Shown in pieces: positions 1 through 9,465 of a stretch of DNA of 39,648 bases. The position numbers were made by a program, and so were the translations under genes. The DNA comes from a bacterium (GTDB lineage: Bacteria > T1Sed10-126 > CAZEBV01). The stretch spans positions 10,164-49,811 of the forward strand of contig JBDGPI010000068.1 of the NCBI GenBank assembly GCA_042219765.1, written 5' to 3'. The notes under the pieces were generated by a model, which was given only the letters and a program-made list of their open reading frames with translations, made no database searches and was not told the origin of the DNA. Positions within the stretch are counted from its first letter, which is position 1. Each line of letters starts with the position of its first letter.

Positions 1-384
1 ACCGTGAAAGATGGCCTCCGTGAAGTGGATATTGATCGAGAGAAAGCTCTTAGTGTCATGGGAGACGAGGATCCTTACGAGCGGTACGACTCCTGGAGCA
101 GCACGCTGGAAGATTTTCGCTGGGGGTCCTTTGAATTTGCCGAATCGAGTGAATCACTCCGGGATCGTGTCCGATCCACCCTTAGCTCGATCGTCGATAA
201 CCACCCCGGTGAAACAGTTGTTATATTCTCCCACACCGGTGTAATCAATGCGTACCTGGCCGATTGCCTCGGTCTTGAGTCGGATCTTTTGACCCTGCCT
301 GCCCATACTGGACTTTCCACCGTACGGACCCTCGGAAACAAGCGGGCCGTTGTGACTATAAACGATTACTCGCACCTGCGGTGA
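1..384 (+). CDS. Histidine phosphatase (phosphoglycerate-mutase-like) family protein, C-terminal fragment; the 5' end lies outside the window
   Basis: The frame is open from base 1 to the TGA at 382-384. 'VVIFSHTGVINAYLADCLG' resembles the conserved C-terminal His segment of branch-1 histidine phosphatases. Confidence 0.65.
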   Translation, partial: TVKDGLREVDIDREKALSVMGDEDPYERYDSWSSTLEDFRWGSFEFAESSESLRDRVRSTLSSIVDNHPGETVVIFSHTGVINAYLADCLGLESDLLTLPAHTGLSTVRTLGNKRAVVTINDYSHLR

Positions 385-436
385 ACACTCGGTAAGAATT
401 ACACCAACCGTGCAAGTCCGCTAAATCCCCGACGAT

Positions 437-1666
437 TCATTCCGTTAGTGCTGTCTCGACCTCGAAATCCGGTAAGGGCGATACCTCCTCCGGATCGATG
501 TCCTTCAGTTCCTCCCGTGCGATGGTCCGGCGGTGAACTTCATCGGGCCCGTCAACGATGCGAAACATTCGAACTAATTCGTAAAAGGAAGCAATCGGGA
601 GGTCCTTACCGATCCCACTACCCCCGCACGCCTGAAGCGCCCAATCGATAATTTCCTGAGTTTTATTGGCCGCAAAGTTTTTGCACATGGCGACTTCACG
701 GCGCGCGTCCTCGCCGTTGGCAATGGCATCGGCGGCGTGTCGGATCATGGTCCGAGCGGCGTGAAGGTTCGTCTTGGCGTCGGCCAGTCCAAATTGAAGC
801 GACTGCTTCTCGGATAACTTCGAACCAAAGGCGGACCGGTCGCTCATGTAGGCTTTGGCGACTTCAACGGCCCGATCGGCCATTCCGCAGAAACGCATGC
901 AGTGAGTGAGCCGGGCCGGACCAAGCCGGCGCTGAGCAAGTAAGAATCCGGCGTTTTCCTCCCCGAGGAGGTTTTCCTGCGGGACCCGGACGTCCTCGAA
1001 GAGAATTTCCGCGTGACCGGGGCCAAACTCGGGACCAAGGTGGGGAATATCGCGCTTGACCGTGATCCCCTCCGTTTCGGCGGGAACGAGTATCAGGGAG
1101 GTCCCCTCGTAGGGATGATTGTCCAGGTCCGTACGGGCCATAACAATAAAAAAATCGGCGTTTAACCCGTTGGTCGTCCACCACTTATGCCCATTAATGA
1201 CCCAGTCCTCACCCTCCGCAAGGGCGGTTGTTCGTAACATCTTGGGGTCGGAACCTCCTCCCGGCGAGGGTTCCGTCATGGCAAAAGCCGAGGAGAATTC
1301 CCCCTTCACGAGGGGTTTTAGCCAGCGGTCCTTCTGTTCCTGGCTGGCCGCAAGCTCAAGCGTGTGCATGTTACCTTCGTCGGGAGCGTCCACGCGCAGG
1401 GCCTGTGGGCCCAGCAGGCTACGGCCGGCTTCCTCGAAGGCCGGCAGAACGTCACGAAAGTCATACCCCTGACCACCGTATTCCGTTGAAACCTGTGGTG
1501 CAAAAAGGTTTTGTTCCTTTGCTTCCTGACGGAGTTCATTAACTGTTTGAGTGACGTCCTCCTCAGCGGGGTCAAGTTCGCGTTCAGCCGGAATAACACT
1601 TTCGTCCATAAATGCCCGAACGTCGCTTTTTAGACGGCGGGCTGTTTCCGGATCGTCGTAATCCAT
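437..1666 (-). CDS. Acyl-CoA dehydrogenase family protein
   Basis: The ~410-aa ORF has typical ACAD layout and motifs ('FAMTEP..GSD', 'KWWTTNG', C-terminal helical domain 'CGGSGIGKDLP'). I prefer the ATG at 1666 (GAGG 9 nt upstream) over the TTG at 1672. Confidence 0.9.
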   Translation of the reverse strand: MDYDDPETARRLKSDVRAFMDESVIPAERELDPAEEDVTQTVNELRQEAKEQNLFAPQVSTEYGGQGYDFRDVLPAFEEAGRSLLGPQALRVDAPDEGNMHTLELAASQEQKDRWLKPLVKGEFSSAFAMTEPSPGGGSDPKMLRTTALAEGEDWVINGHKWWTTNGLNADFFIVMARTDLDNHPYEGTSLILVPAETEGITVKRDIPHLGPEFGPGHAEILFEDVRVPQENLLGEENAGFLLAQRRLGPARLTHCMRFCGMADRAVEVAKAYMSDRSAFGSKLSEKQSLQFGLADAKTNLHAARTMIRHAADAIANGEDARREVAMCKNFAANKTQEIIDWALQACGGSGIGKDLPIASFYELVRMFRIVDGPDEVHRRTIAREELKDIDPEEVSPLPDFEVETALTE

Positions 1667-1705
1667 CGTCAATCGCCTCAGTTTGGGTCCGTGACCCGAT
1701 AGGAA

Positions 1706-2773
1706 TTAAAGAGGTTCACTACCATTAATGATATTCAGGGCTCGCTGTGCCAGACGGGGAACGCCGTCCTCCATCTTCGGGTAAAGGGGGTCGTCCGAGT
1801 CTCCCGTGAGGTGGCGGGCGAAAAACATCTCCCCGAGGCCGCAGAGTTTGTAAACGGCCAGCGTGCGGTAGAAGGTGTCGTTGGTGTACTCGATGCCCGA
1901 CTGTTGTTCGTAGCGTTCGACGAGCTCGGCCCGGGAGGCATACTCCTCGTTCTCCATGTAAGTATAGGCGAGTTCTTCGGAGGCCGGTTCCGGATCCCCC
2001 GGGTTGCGCCAGAATGAGAGCATCCAGCCCACGTCCGTAAGCGGGTCCCCGAGCGCACTTAGCTCCCAATCAAAGATAGCGGCAATTTCGGGGGGGACGC
2101 CCGGGGCGAACATGACGTTGTCCATCTTGTAGTCCCCGTGGACGAGCGTATGGGGATACTCGGACGGTGTATTGTCCTTCAACCATTCGCCGATTTCGTA
2201 AAGTTCGGGGACTTCCCGTTCGTCCTCCGTGTAGGAGATGGCCCAGATGAGTTGTTTGCTCCAGGTGTCGACCTGCCGTTCGGTGAACCCCTCGGGATGT
2301 CCGAAGTCTCCGAGACCGGCGGCCTCGTAATCAACCCTGTGAATTTGAGCAAGGCGATCGACGAGTTCCTCACCGAGGGTCCGACGGGAATTGCTGTTAC
2401 GAAACCGTTCGGGGACCTCCTGCCGGATGACGTCACCCTCGACTTTTTCCATCACGTAGAAGTCACTTCCGATGACCTCGTGGTCATCACAGGCGGTTAG
2501 CGTGGGAGGAACGGGAACGTCGGTTTCCTGGAGTGCGTCGAGGACGCGGTATTCCCTGAGGACGTCGTGAGCTTTTTCCGCCTTTTCACCGGGAGGGGGT
2601 CGACGGATGATCAGGTCACGCTGGCCCCATTTGACGAGAAGCGTTTCGTTGGAGTGTCCCGCCTGGAGGTGTTGTACATCGTAACGATCGACCGAACCAA
2701 ATTGATCGTTCAAATAATTCCTCAGTGAATCCAGATCCACCAGCCGTTGGAAGTAATCCTCGGACGCCGTCAT
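1706..2773 (-). CDS. APH/choline-kinase-like phosphotransferase family protein (ACAD-associated kinase)
   Basis: It carries the Brenner catalytic motif 'HGDYKMDNVMF' and the Mg-binding 'FDWELSALGDP'. I prefer the internal ATG at 2773 (G-rich SD upstream) over the ORF-track start at 2821. It lies 33 nt upstream of the ACAD gene on the same strand. Confidence 0.85.
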   Translation of the reverse strand: MTASEDYFQRLVDLDSLRNYLNDQFGSVDRYDVQHLQAGHSNETLLVKWGQRDLIIRRPPPGEKAEKAHDVLREYRVLDALQETDVPVPPTLTACDDHEVIGSDFYVMEKVEGDVIRQEVPERFRNSNSRRTLGEELVDRLAQIHRVDYEAAGLGDFGHPEGFTERQVDTWSKQLIWAISYTEDEREVPELYEIGEWLKDNTPSEYPHTLVHGDYKMDNVMFAPGVPPEIAAIFDWELSALGDPLTDVGWMLSFWRNPGDPEPASEELAYTYMENEEYASRAELVERYEQQSGIEYTNDTFYRTLAVYKLCGLGEMFFARHLTGDSDDPLYPKMEDGVPRLAQRALNIINGSEPL

Positions 2774-3040
2774 GACGTCCCCCCTTTTAAGTGTTGTAGA
2801 GATAAGTAGGTTCAACGACAATCGAAAACTCTCGTTTATACGTAACGCATACTGAGGTTAAATTCAATCGAGATTTGTAATAGTTTTCAGTAAGGCCATT
2901 AAATCATTCAGGTTCAGCAAACAGTACAATAATTGGCACCTGTTACCGAGAAATTTTTAGCCGGAGTAAATCCGACGATGGAAGTAAAATTTAATTTTTT
3001 GTAATTAACCAAAAATTTTCTGGTGGGAGGAAATACTGCT

Positions 3041-3823
3041 ATGGCAACGTCCCAGTTTCAAATTGACGGAGAAACGGCGATCGTCACGGGAGGATCCCGG
3101 GGTATAGGACGGGAAATAGCCGAACGAGTTATCCAGGAGGAAGTGAATGTTGCCCTCTGCTCCAGGGACTTGAGTCGGGTCGAGCCGGTGGCAGACGAAC
3201 TAGGTGAAACGTACTCGGCGGAGGCACTGGCCGTGGAATGCGACGTCCGCGACCGTGAAGCCGTGGATCGGATGGTGGACGAAACACTTCACGAGTTTGG
3301 ATCCCTAGATTTACTCGTTAACAATGCGGGAGCGAGTTTTATGGCACCGTTCGAGGAGATCAGTCCCAACGGCTGGGACTCGATCGTCAGCATTAATCTG
3401 GAGGGGACGTATAATTTCTGCCAGGCTGCCGGGGAAAAAATGATGGACTCCGATGGGGGTATAATAATTAACATGTCCAGCGTAGCCGGTCAATTAGGCG
3501 CTCCTTTCATGAGCCATTACGCAAGCGCTAAATCGGGGATTATCAACCTGACACGGAGCCTTGCACAGGAGTGGTCCTCGAAAGGAATCCGGGTCAACTG
3601 TGTGGCTCCGGGTTACGTGGCGACGGAAGGTGTGCAGGAGCAGATGGGCATTGAGGCGGGAGATGTTGATCGGTCGGACGTCGATCGAAACATGGGCCTG
3701 ACCGAGGAGATCGCCGACATTGTCCAGTTCCTTGCCAGTCCCGCGTCGTCCTACATTGTCGGGCAAACGATTACCTGTCAGGGCGTTCCCCCGAGCCTCG
3801 AGCTTCCCGAGGAAGGGAACTGA
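3041..3823 (+). CDS. SDR family oxidoreductase (FabG-like short-chain dehydrogenase/reductase)
   Basis: It has 'TGGSRGIG' (Rossmann TGxxxGxG), 'NNAG', and the catalytic 'YASAKSG' (YxxxK). The ATG at 3041 is preceded by GGGAGG. Confidence 0.9.
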   Translation: MATSQFQIDGETAIVTGGSRGIGREIAERVIQEEVNVALCSRDLSRVEPVADELGETYSAEALAVECDVRDREAVDRMVDETLHEFGSLDLLVNNAGASFMAPFEEISPNGWDSIVSINLEGTYNFCQAAGEKMMDSDGGIIINMSSVAGQLGAPFMSHYASAKSGIINLTRSLAQEWSSKGIRVNCVAPGYVATEGVQEQMGIEAGDVDRSDVDRNMGLTEEIADIVQFLASPASSYIVGQTITCQGVPPSLELPEEGN

Positions 3824-3980
3824 CACGAGACGGTCGTTCGATTCCCAAAACGTCTTATACAATCAGTCCACGGGGTATCTTTAGATCATAAATGTTGTAT
3901 GAGTAATGGTCTTTAGGAAGGGACTTTAATTGTTGTCGGGATACACAAACGGTAAGCCTACGGGAGAAACCAGACCCGTT

Positions 3981-4005
3981 GAAACTGTCCGGAAGGGACA
4001 GTTTC
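3981..4005. terminator. Perfect 10-bp hairpin between convergent genes (possible bidirectional terminator without a clear U-tract)
   Basis: The sequence is gaaactgtcc-ggaag-ggacagtttc. It sits between the SDR gene (+) and the small minus-strand ORF at 4080-4259. No T-run follows on either strand. Confidence 0.35.
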
Positions 4006-4079
4006 TGGGTTGGCCTCCGTAAGTAAAAACTTCTAGCCTGGCTCCTCTTCAGCTAAGCCGGTTTCGAATTCAGGCAAAC

Positions 4080-4259
4080 TTACTTGTCTTCCCGGGCGCT
4101 TGCGAGGGCGTCGAGCATTGGTGCCTGCCGTGACTCCTCACGGTTCCTGGGACTGATTGCAATAGTGAACTCCAGGTCGTGAACGTCGGAGTCAGAAAGG
4201 TCTTCCGGGAAAAAATCCGGACGAGGCCGTTCTCTCTCATCAGGGTGTTGACTAACCAC
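4080..4259 (-). CDS. Small acidic hypothetical protein (~59 aa)
   Basis: The GTG at 4259 lies 8 nt downstream of a GGAGG. The product is hydrophilic and acidic ('PEDLSDSDVHDLEF'). No family was recognised. Confidence 0.35.
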   Translation of the reverse strand: MVSQHPDERERPRPDFFPEDLSDSDVHDLEFTIAISPRNREESRQAPMLDALASAREDK

Positions 4260-4791
4260 AAAAATCACCTCCGTCGGTACGAGTTTGTTTTCGTAGAAAG
4301 TATAACGCTAATTTATTAAGATCGGGTTAACTCGAAACCAAAACCGGATTAACTTTCCTTACGGTCCTCGTGGAGTACACCCATTATCGGCAACTTTAAG
4401 TTTCCTCTGCTCTGAGATCATCATACCTTGAAACAAGTTCGTGTATACACCTTCTTCGGATACGTGACTATAGGTACGCGAAAGTGCAGTGAGGACTCCA
4501 ACTGCGTAAACGGGCGTCGGTAACCTTGCGTAGACGAAACGTTTGAAATCATCCAACAGAAATAATATTCATTGATTGAAAGACGGAAACTCCCGGGCGG
4601 TAAAGGAAACTTGAAGGCCTGAGATGATCACCCTGACCGCATTCGGTTCGGGAGGCACGGTCTGATCGAATTTCCGGGATAGATGGGACATTCTGAATCG
4701 GGCGGTTGCTATAAATCGGGAGTGCCTCACGTCCCTGTACAGGTTTTTGGCGAACCCGGTGGTAATTTTCGGAAGTCGAGGTACTGGATCC

Positions 4792-6306
4792 ATGGCGTCA
4801 GCGTCCGGCCGGGAAGTTTACGAAAAAGTTCGAGCGGTCAGCTACGGTGCTCTGGTGACGATCACTGGCACCGGTGTCAAACGCCTGCTGGTGGTCATCA
4901 CGAACGTACTTTTGACGCGATACTTGAGACCTCTCTCCTACAGTGCCTTCGCTTTGTGCTGGCGGGTGGTTCAGGGTTTAAAGCAATTCATCCCACTGGG
5001 TTCCACGGTAACCGTGGTAAGGGACGGAGCCCGTTCCCGTTCCAGAAGCGATCGATCCGAGACTGCCATGCTTGCCTACGGAACGACACTGATCGGCGGT
5101 CTGTTGTTCTCCGTCAGTATTTACTTACTTGCTCCAGTTTTAAATTTTTACACACTGAACGTCCCTGAATTGACTGTTGCCTTCGGAGTGGCGGAGCTCA
5201 CGTTACCCTTTACCGGTCTGGTTTTAATTAACGGTCACTTTTTAAGGGGCCAGGAAAAAATCGAGCAACTTTTACTGTTGAAGGATATCGGCTGGCCCCT
5301 GACACGGTTACTTTCAGTTATCGTCGCGCTGTATCTGAGTTACGAATTAATTGGCGTCCTGGCAATGCTCTGCCTGGGGACGGCTCTTCTTGGAATTTCA
5401 GGTGTTGTACAGACCCTTCGTGTAACCGATACGGGCTTCAGGGTCCCCTCGCTCAATCGAATGAAATCCTTCTACAATCACTCAATACCAAGTGCCCTGA
5501 CGTACGTTGGAAAATTGCTTCGGATTGACATTTTAATTTTCTTTCTGGGCTTCTTTGCCGTCGACCAGGCCCCCGGTCAATACAACGTGATACTGCTGCT
5601 CGGTAAGATTGCTATCATTCCCCTGATAGGATTCAACAAGCTCTTACCTCCCATAGCCTCGGATCTTTACGCTCGCAACGAGGTTGAGATTCTTAATGAT
5701 ACTTACAAAGCGATAACCCGCCTGATCACTGCCCTGACCCTTCCTCTGATTCTTTTCATGATGGTCTTCAGTCAGGAACTCCTGCACGTTTTTGGACGGA
5801 GCTACGTTCCTGCTTACGGTGCCTTGATCGTTTTTCTTCTCGGTCGGCTTGTTGGCAACTGCGTGGGAGCCACGGGCTGGTTGCTTCTCATGACCGATAA
5901 CCAGTACCTTCGGTTGACCATTGATTGGCTTCTGGCTCTAATTAATATTCCCCTCAGTTATTACTTGATTGTTCACTACGGTCTGTTTGGGGCCTCGGTG
6001 GTTTATCTGTTTCAAAGGGGTTTTCAGAATATGATTCAGCTGGTGGTACTGCGTAAACTTGAAGGTTTGTTTCCTTACGATTGGGCTTACTTGAAACCTC
6101 TGGTCGCTTCCTCCGTCATGGGGGTTACCATGGTTGTCGTTAAACTGGGTCAATTTCCCATTGCGGCTAAGGTTCTGCTCGGTGGAATTGTCGGTACCTT
6201 GAGTTACTCAATTGTTCTGAATTACTTAGGACTGGAGGAGCTCGACCGAAAGCTCATAAGTGGACTCCGTGATGGATTCAGGCGGTTCATTGAGATCCAG
6301 CGGTAA
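4792..6306 (+). CDS. Polysaccharide/oligosaccharide flippase, MOP (Wzx-like) superfamily membrane protein
   Basis: It is a ~500-aa polytopic membrane protein. The N-terminus 'GALVTITGTGVKRLLVVITNVLLTRYL' is typical of Wzx/polysaccharide biosynthesis proteins. I prefer the ATG at 4792 (GAGG upstream) over 4747. Confidence 0.75.
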   Translation: MASASGREVYEKVRAVSYGALVTITGTGVKRLLVVITNVLLTRYLRPLSYSAFALCWRVVQGLKQFIPLGSTVTVVRDGARSRSRSDRSETAMLAYGTTLIGGLLFSVSIYLLAPVLNFYTLNVPELTVAFGVAELTLPFTGLVLINGHFLRGQEKIEQLLLLKDIGWPLTRLLSVIVALYLSYELIGVLAMLCLGTALLGISGVVQTLRVTDTGFRVPSLNRMKSFYNHSIPSALTYVGKLLRIDILIFFLGFFAVDQAPGQYNVILLLGKIAIIPLIGFNKLLPPIASDLYARNEVEILNDTYKAITRLITALTLPLILFMMVFSQELLHVFGRSYVPAYGALIVFLLGRLVGNCVGATGWLLLMTDNQYLRLTIDWLLALINIPLSYYLIVHYGLFGASVVYLFQRGFQNMIQLVVLRKLEGLFPYDWAYLKPLVASSVMGVTMVVVKLGQFPIAAKVLLGGIVGTLSYSIVLNYLGLEELDRKLISGLRDGFRRFIEIQR

Positions 6307-6357
6307 ATTTACCGTTGTTATATTCTGGCCGAGTGGTTGAGCGGAAAGATGAGACTC

Positions 6358-6393
6358 GAGAAAATTCTTGTTGAATTTTTTCTCATTTTTTAC
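6358..6393 (+). terminator. Weak AT-rich hairpin plus T-run downstream of the flippase gene
   Basis: The gagaaaa ... ttttctc stem is followed by attttttac. The stem is short and almost all A-U. Confidence 0.3.
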
Positions 6394-6497
6394 AAACTGC
6401 TTAATGCGAGCTACCAATAGCTAATATCCAATGAAGTGAGAGGGACGACGATTCAGATGAATGACGCTTTTAATCCTATATCGGGATTAGATCGACG

Positions 6498-7934
6498 TTG
6501 AGAACCAGCAAACTGGTTTCCCTTGCCTTTCTGGTGTTTCTCCTCTTCCTGACCACTTCTCCTCTTCGGGCAAAAGTCATTGTTGTTCCGGTCGATGGGT
6601 CCATTGACCATGGCATGGCGGGATTTGTTCAACGAACCTTCCGGGACAATCCCGGTGCGGAAAAATTCATTATAAAAATGAATACCTACGGTGGCCGAGT
6701 CGATGCCGCCATGCAGATTGTCGAGGCAATTTCTGAAACGATTGATGATGGAACTCCCGTCGAGGCCTACGTTAAGAAAAAGGCCTGGTCCGCCGGGGCT
6801 CTAATTTCTCTGGCCTGTAGCAGAATCTGGATGGGTGAGGAGGGGTCGATCGGTGCCGCGACGCCCGTGAGCGGTGGTGGAGGACCGGTGAGCGAAAAGT
6901 ACGTCTCGGCGTTGAGGGCCGAATTTCGATCGCTGGCGCAGGCCAACGGCTATCCGCCGACTCTGTCGGAAGCAATGGTCGACCGCAAAATTAAAGTTCT
7001 GAAAGTCCGGTCCGGTAATAAAATAGAGTACGTGGACGAGCGGCGGTTCCAGGAGATTTCCGGGGACGACACCGGGGTGCGTAAACTCGGGGTCTACCTC
7101 TCGGACACTCACTTACTGACCCTTACGGCCGAGGAAGCCAACCAGACGGGGTTTACTTCTAAATTATATTCCGATTTCGATGCCTTTCTCTCGGACAAAA
7201 ATATTACCCAGCGCGACCTCGAGCGGGCGGAGCGAAGCTGGTCCGAGGAACTTGTGACCGTCCTGCAGATGTCCAGTGTATCGACGGTCCTGATGATTCT
7301 GGCGTTTCTGGGAATTCAGGTCGAAGCTAAAACGCCGGGGTTAGGCGTTCCGGGTGCAATTGGAATTAGTTCGTTGCTGTTGTTGCTCTGGGGGAAGTAC
7401 ATGGCCGGTCTTGCGGCCCACCAGGAAATTCTTCTGGTTTTAGTTGGATTGGGCCTGGTCTGTATTGAAGTTTTTCTCGTCCCCGGACTCGGTTGGGCCG
7501 GTATCCCGGGAGCGCTGTTGGTTCTTGTCGGTATTTACCTGATGTTTCTCCCGTTTGTCGTGCCGGCTGATCCCTGGGATTATGACCTTTTGAACGCAAC
7601 TCTGCGTAGCATTTCGCTGTCGTTGATCCTTTCGCTGGTGGGACTCTATTTTCTCTGGAAACACCTGCCGGACTCGCCGGTACTCAGCTGGGCGGTTCAG
7701 TCAACGAGCCTATCGTCCGAGGACGGTTACAGCGTTCAGAGCAAGCGCGAGAAGGACCTCGTTGGACGAGAAGGTCGAGCCCTGACGGATTTACAACCCA
7801 TGGGAAAAATACGAATAGACCGGGACCGTTATCCCGTTAGAGTCAAGGGGGATTTTGCCGAAAAAGGTGACACCGTGGAAGTGGTAGACGTTGAAAGTAA
7901 CGAGATCATTGTAAAGAAGGTAAATGAATCGTGA
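6498..7934 (+). CDS. NfeD-family membrane-bound serine protease (long form: ClpP-like domain + TM bundle + C-terminal OB domain)
   Basis: A signal peptide is followed by 'KVIVVPVDGSIDHGMAGFV'. The putative nucleophile context is 'AWSAGALI'. Several TM helices are followed by a C-terminal 'GREGRALTDLQPMGKIRID...GDTVEVVDV' NfeD OB motif. The start is TTG. Confidence 0.9.
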   Translation: MRTSKLVSLAFLVFLLFLTTSPLRAKVIVVPVDGSIDHGMAGFVQRTFRDNPGAEKFIIKMNTYGGRVDAAMQIVEAISETIDDGTPVEAYVKKKAWSAGALISLACSRIWMGEEGSIGAATPVSGGGGPVSEKYVSALRAEFRSLAQANGYPPTLSEAMVDRKIKVLKVRSGNKIEYVDERRFQEISGDDTGVRKLGVYLSDTHLLTLTAEEANQTGFTSKLYSDFDAFLSDKNITQRDLERAERSWSEELVTVLQMSSVSTVLMILAFLGIQVEAKTPGLGVPGAIGISSLLLLLWGKYMAGLAAHQEILLVLVGLGLVCIEVFLVPGLGWAGIPGALLVLVGIYLMFLPFVVPADPWDYDLLNATLRSISLSLILSLVGLYFLWKHLPDSPVLSWAVQSTSLSSEDGYSVQSKREKDLVGREGRALTDLQPMGKIRIDRDRYPVRVKGDFAEKGDTVEVVDVESNEIIVKKVNES

Positions 7935-8443
7935 GTATTCCCTACCTGATAGGACTTTTCGTCCTTGGAACACTGGCGATAGCGGCCGAGGGTGTTATGC
8001 CGGGTGGCATCCTTGGGGTTATGGGAGGAGTTTTGCTGGCTGTTATCGTCGGTAGTGCTTTTATCAACCAGGGTTTGACGGCTGGTTTTGCGTTTCTCTT
8101 TGCGGCAGTAATAGCATCGTTCCTCGCTTTACTTCTGAGTGTTTACGTTTTGCAGGAGACGTCACTGGGCAGTTGGATGATCCTTGAATCGCCCTCCAGT
8201 GATGATTCGGAGGGTCAACCCTACGAATTCCTGCTCGGCGAACAGGGCACGGCCCGGTCCGATCTATCCCCGGGAGGCCGGGTTGAGATTGATGGGGAAC
8301 TCTACAATACAGTAACGCAGGGGGAGTACGTTGAGTCGGGAACAACGGTCGAGGTCATTGAAGTCGAAGGAAATCGAATAGTCGTCGAGGAACCGTTTGA
8401 ATCCGAGGAATCTCAATCCGAAAAAGGAGGCGAGACAGCATGA
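7931..8443 (+). CDS. Short NfeD-family protein (TM helices + C-terminal OB domain, no protease domain)
   Basis: Its GTGA start overlaps the upstream stop. The N-terminus is hydrophobic, followed by '[24 protein letters not shown]...[16 protein letters not shown]'. Confidence 0.8.
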   Translation: MSIPYLIGLFVLGTLAIAAEGVMPGGILGVMGGVLLAVIVGSAFINQGLTAGFAFLFAAVIASFLALLLSVYVLQETSLGSWMILESPSSDDSEGQPYEFLLGEQGTARSDLSPGGRVEIDGELYNTVTQGEYVESGTTVEVIEVEGNRIVVEEPFESEESQSEKGGETA

Positions 8444-9450
8444 CGCTCTGGGGGTTTCTAACAGTAGTTGGACTGCTGGCGGCGGCAGTCGTCGGGATTG
8501 TCTTTTTGTTTTACGGCTGGTTGATGGTCCGAGCCGTCCTCTGTGGTGTCTGGGTTGGTCCAATAACCATGATCGGCATGCAGTTCAGGGGCATCAGCCC
8601 CCGTGTAATCGTCAATGCGATGATAAAGGGGGCTAAGGCGGGGTTGAGCCTGGATATGAAAGCCCTGCAGTCCCATTACCAGGCCGGGGGAGACGTGACG
8701 AATGTGGTGCGTGCCTTAATTGCCGCCGATCGGTCGGATATACCGCTTGATTACGAGGACGCTACTGCAATTGATCTGGCGGGTCGTGACGTTCTGGAAG
8801 CCGTCAAGATCAGTGTTCTACCGAAAGTGATCGACTGCCCGACGGACGACTCACGCAAGGAGTTCCTTGAAGCCGTTGCCCAGGATGGCATTCAGATCAA
8901 AGCGAAAGCTCGCGTTACCGTTCGAGCCAACATCGAGGAACTCGTTGGGGGAGCCAACGAGGAGACGATTGTCGCACGGGTTGGTGAGGGAATCGTGACG
9001 AGTATCGGTTCGGCCGAAACCCACAAGGAAGTTCTTGCCAATCCCGATCGAATTACCCGGGAAGTTCAGGAAAAGGGCCTCGACGCCAACACGGCGTTCA
9101 ATATTCTGTCCATTGATATCGGTGACATCGACGTCGGCCGTAACGTGGGAGCGCACCTGCAGGCGGATCAGGCCGAAGCCGACGTGGAAGTCGCCCAGGC
9201 CGAGGCAGAGGAACGACGGGCGATGGCCGAAGCCCGGGAACAGGAAATGGCCGCAAAGGTCCGTGAAAACGAAGCCGAAGTCATGAAGGCCAAGGCTCGT
9301 GTACCCCAGTCCATTGGTAAGGCCCTCAGTGGCGATAACCTCAGTATCATGGACTATTACGAGCTGAAGAACATTCAGGCCGACACGGACATGCGCCAGA
9401 GTATTAGCGGATCGGGCAATGATTCCGAAAACGATTCCTTCAACGTTTAA
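8440..9450 (+). CDS. floA: Flotillin-like protein FloA (SPFH domain, YqfA/UPF0365 family), full-length paralog
   Basis: Similarity to Bacillus FloA is strong by eye ('[13 protein letters not shown]', '[11 protein letters not shown]', 'VGEGIV', 'DQAEAD', 'AEERRAMA', C-terminal '[16 protein letters not shown]'). An ATGA overlap links it to the upstream gene, with GGAGG 9 nt upstream. Confidence 0.92.
   Translation: MTLWGFLTVVGLLAAAVVGIVFLFYGWLMVRAVLCGVWVGPITMIGMQFRGISPRVIVNAMIKGAKAGLSLDMKALQSHYQAGGDVTNVVRALIAADRSDIPLDYEDATAIDLAGRDVLEAVKISVLPKVIDCPTDDSRKEFLEAVAQDGIQIKAKARVTVRANIEELVGGANEETIVARVGEGIVTSIGSAETHKEVLANPDRITREVQEKGLDANTAFNILSIDIGDIDVGRNVGAHLQADQAEADVEVAQAEAEERRAMAEAREQEMAAKVRENEAEVMKAKARVPQSIGKALSGDNLSIMDYYELKNIQADTDMRQSISGSGNDSENDSFNV
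8881..8931 (+). repeat. 51-nt segment identical to 9925-9975 (copy in FloA paralog 1)
   Basis: caggatggcattcagatcaaagcgaaagctcgcgttaccgttcgagccaac is identical in both genes, while the flanking codons differ at many synonymous sites. Confidence 0.9.
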
Positions 9451-9465
9451 CGGGAGGTTGACGTT

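Noticed and set aside
2934-2950. A TGGCAC motif upstream of the SDR gene resembling the -24 element of sigma54 promoters.
   Set aside because: The required -12 TTGC(A/T) element is missing at the correct spacing (the sequence reads TGGCACctgttACCG).
4050-4072. A 'ccggtttcgaatt' string resembling a tRNA T-arm.
   Set aside because: The flanking sequence cannot form an acceptor stem, D-arm or anticodon arm. I could not fold a tRNA cloverleaf in any intergenic region of the window.
4359-4793. Two minus-strand ORFs (65 aa and 74 aa) upstream of, and overlapping, the flippase start.
   Set aside because: They have no ribosome-binding sites and no recognisable motifs. The second overlaps the better-supported flippase start region.
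6457-6501. A 14-codon upstream ORF (MNDAFNPISGLDRR) whose TGA overlaps the TTG start of the long NfeD gene.
   Set aside because: The arrangement resembles leader-peptide coupling, but the SD spacing is poor (~12 nt), the peptide has no telling composition, and such short ORFs arise by chance. It is worth checking only if the NfeD start proves inefficient.
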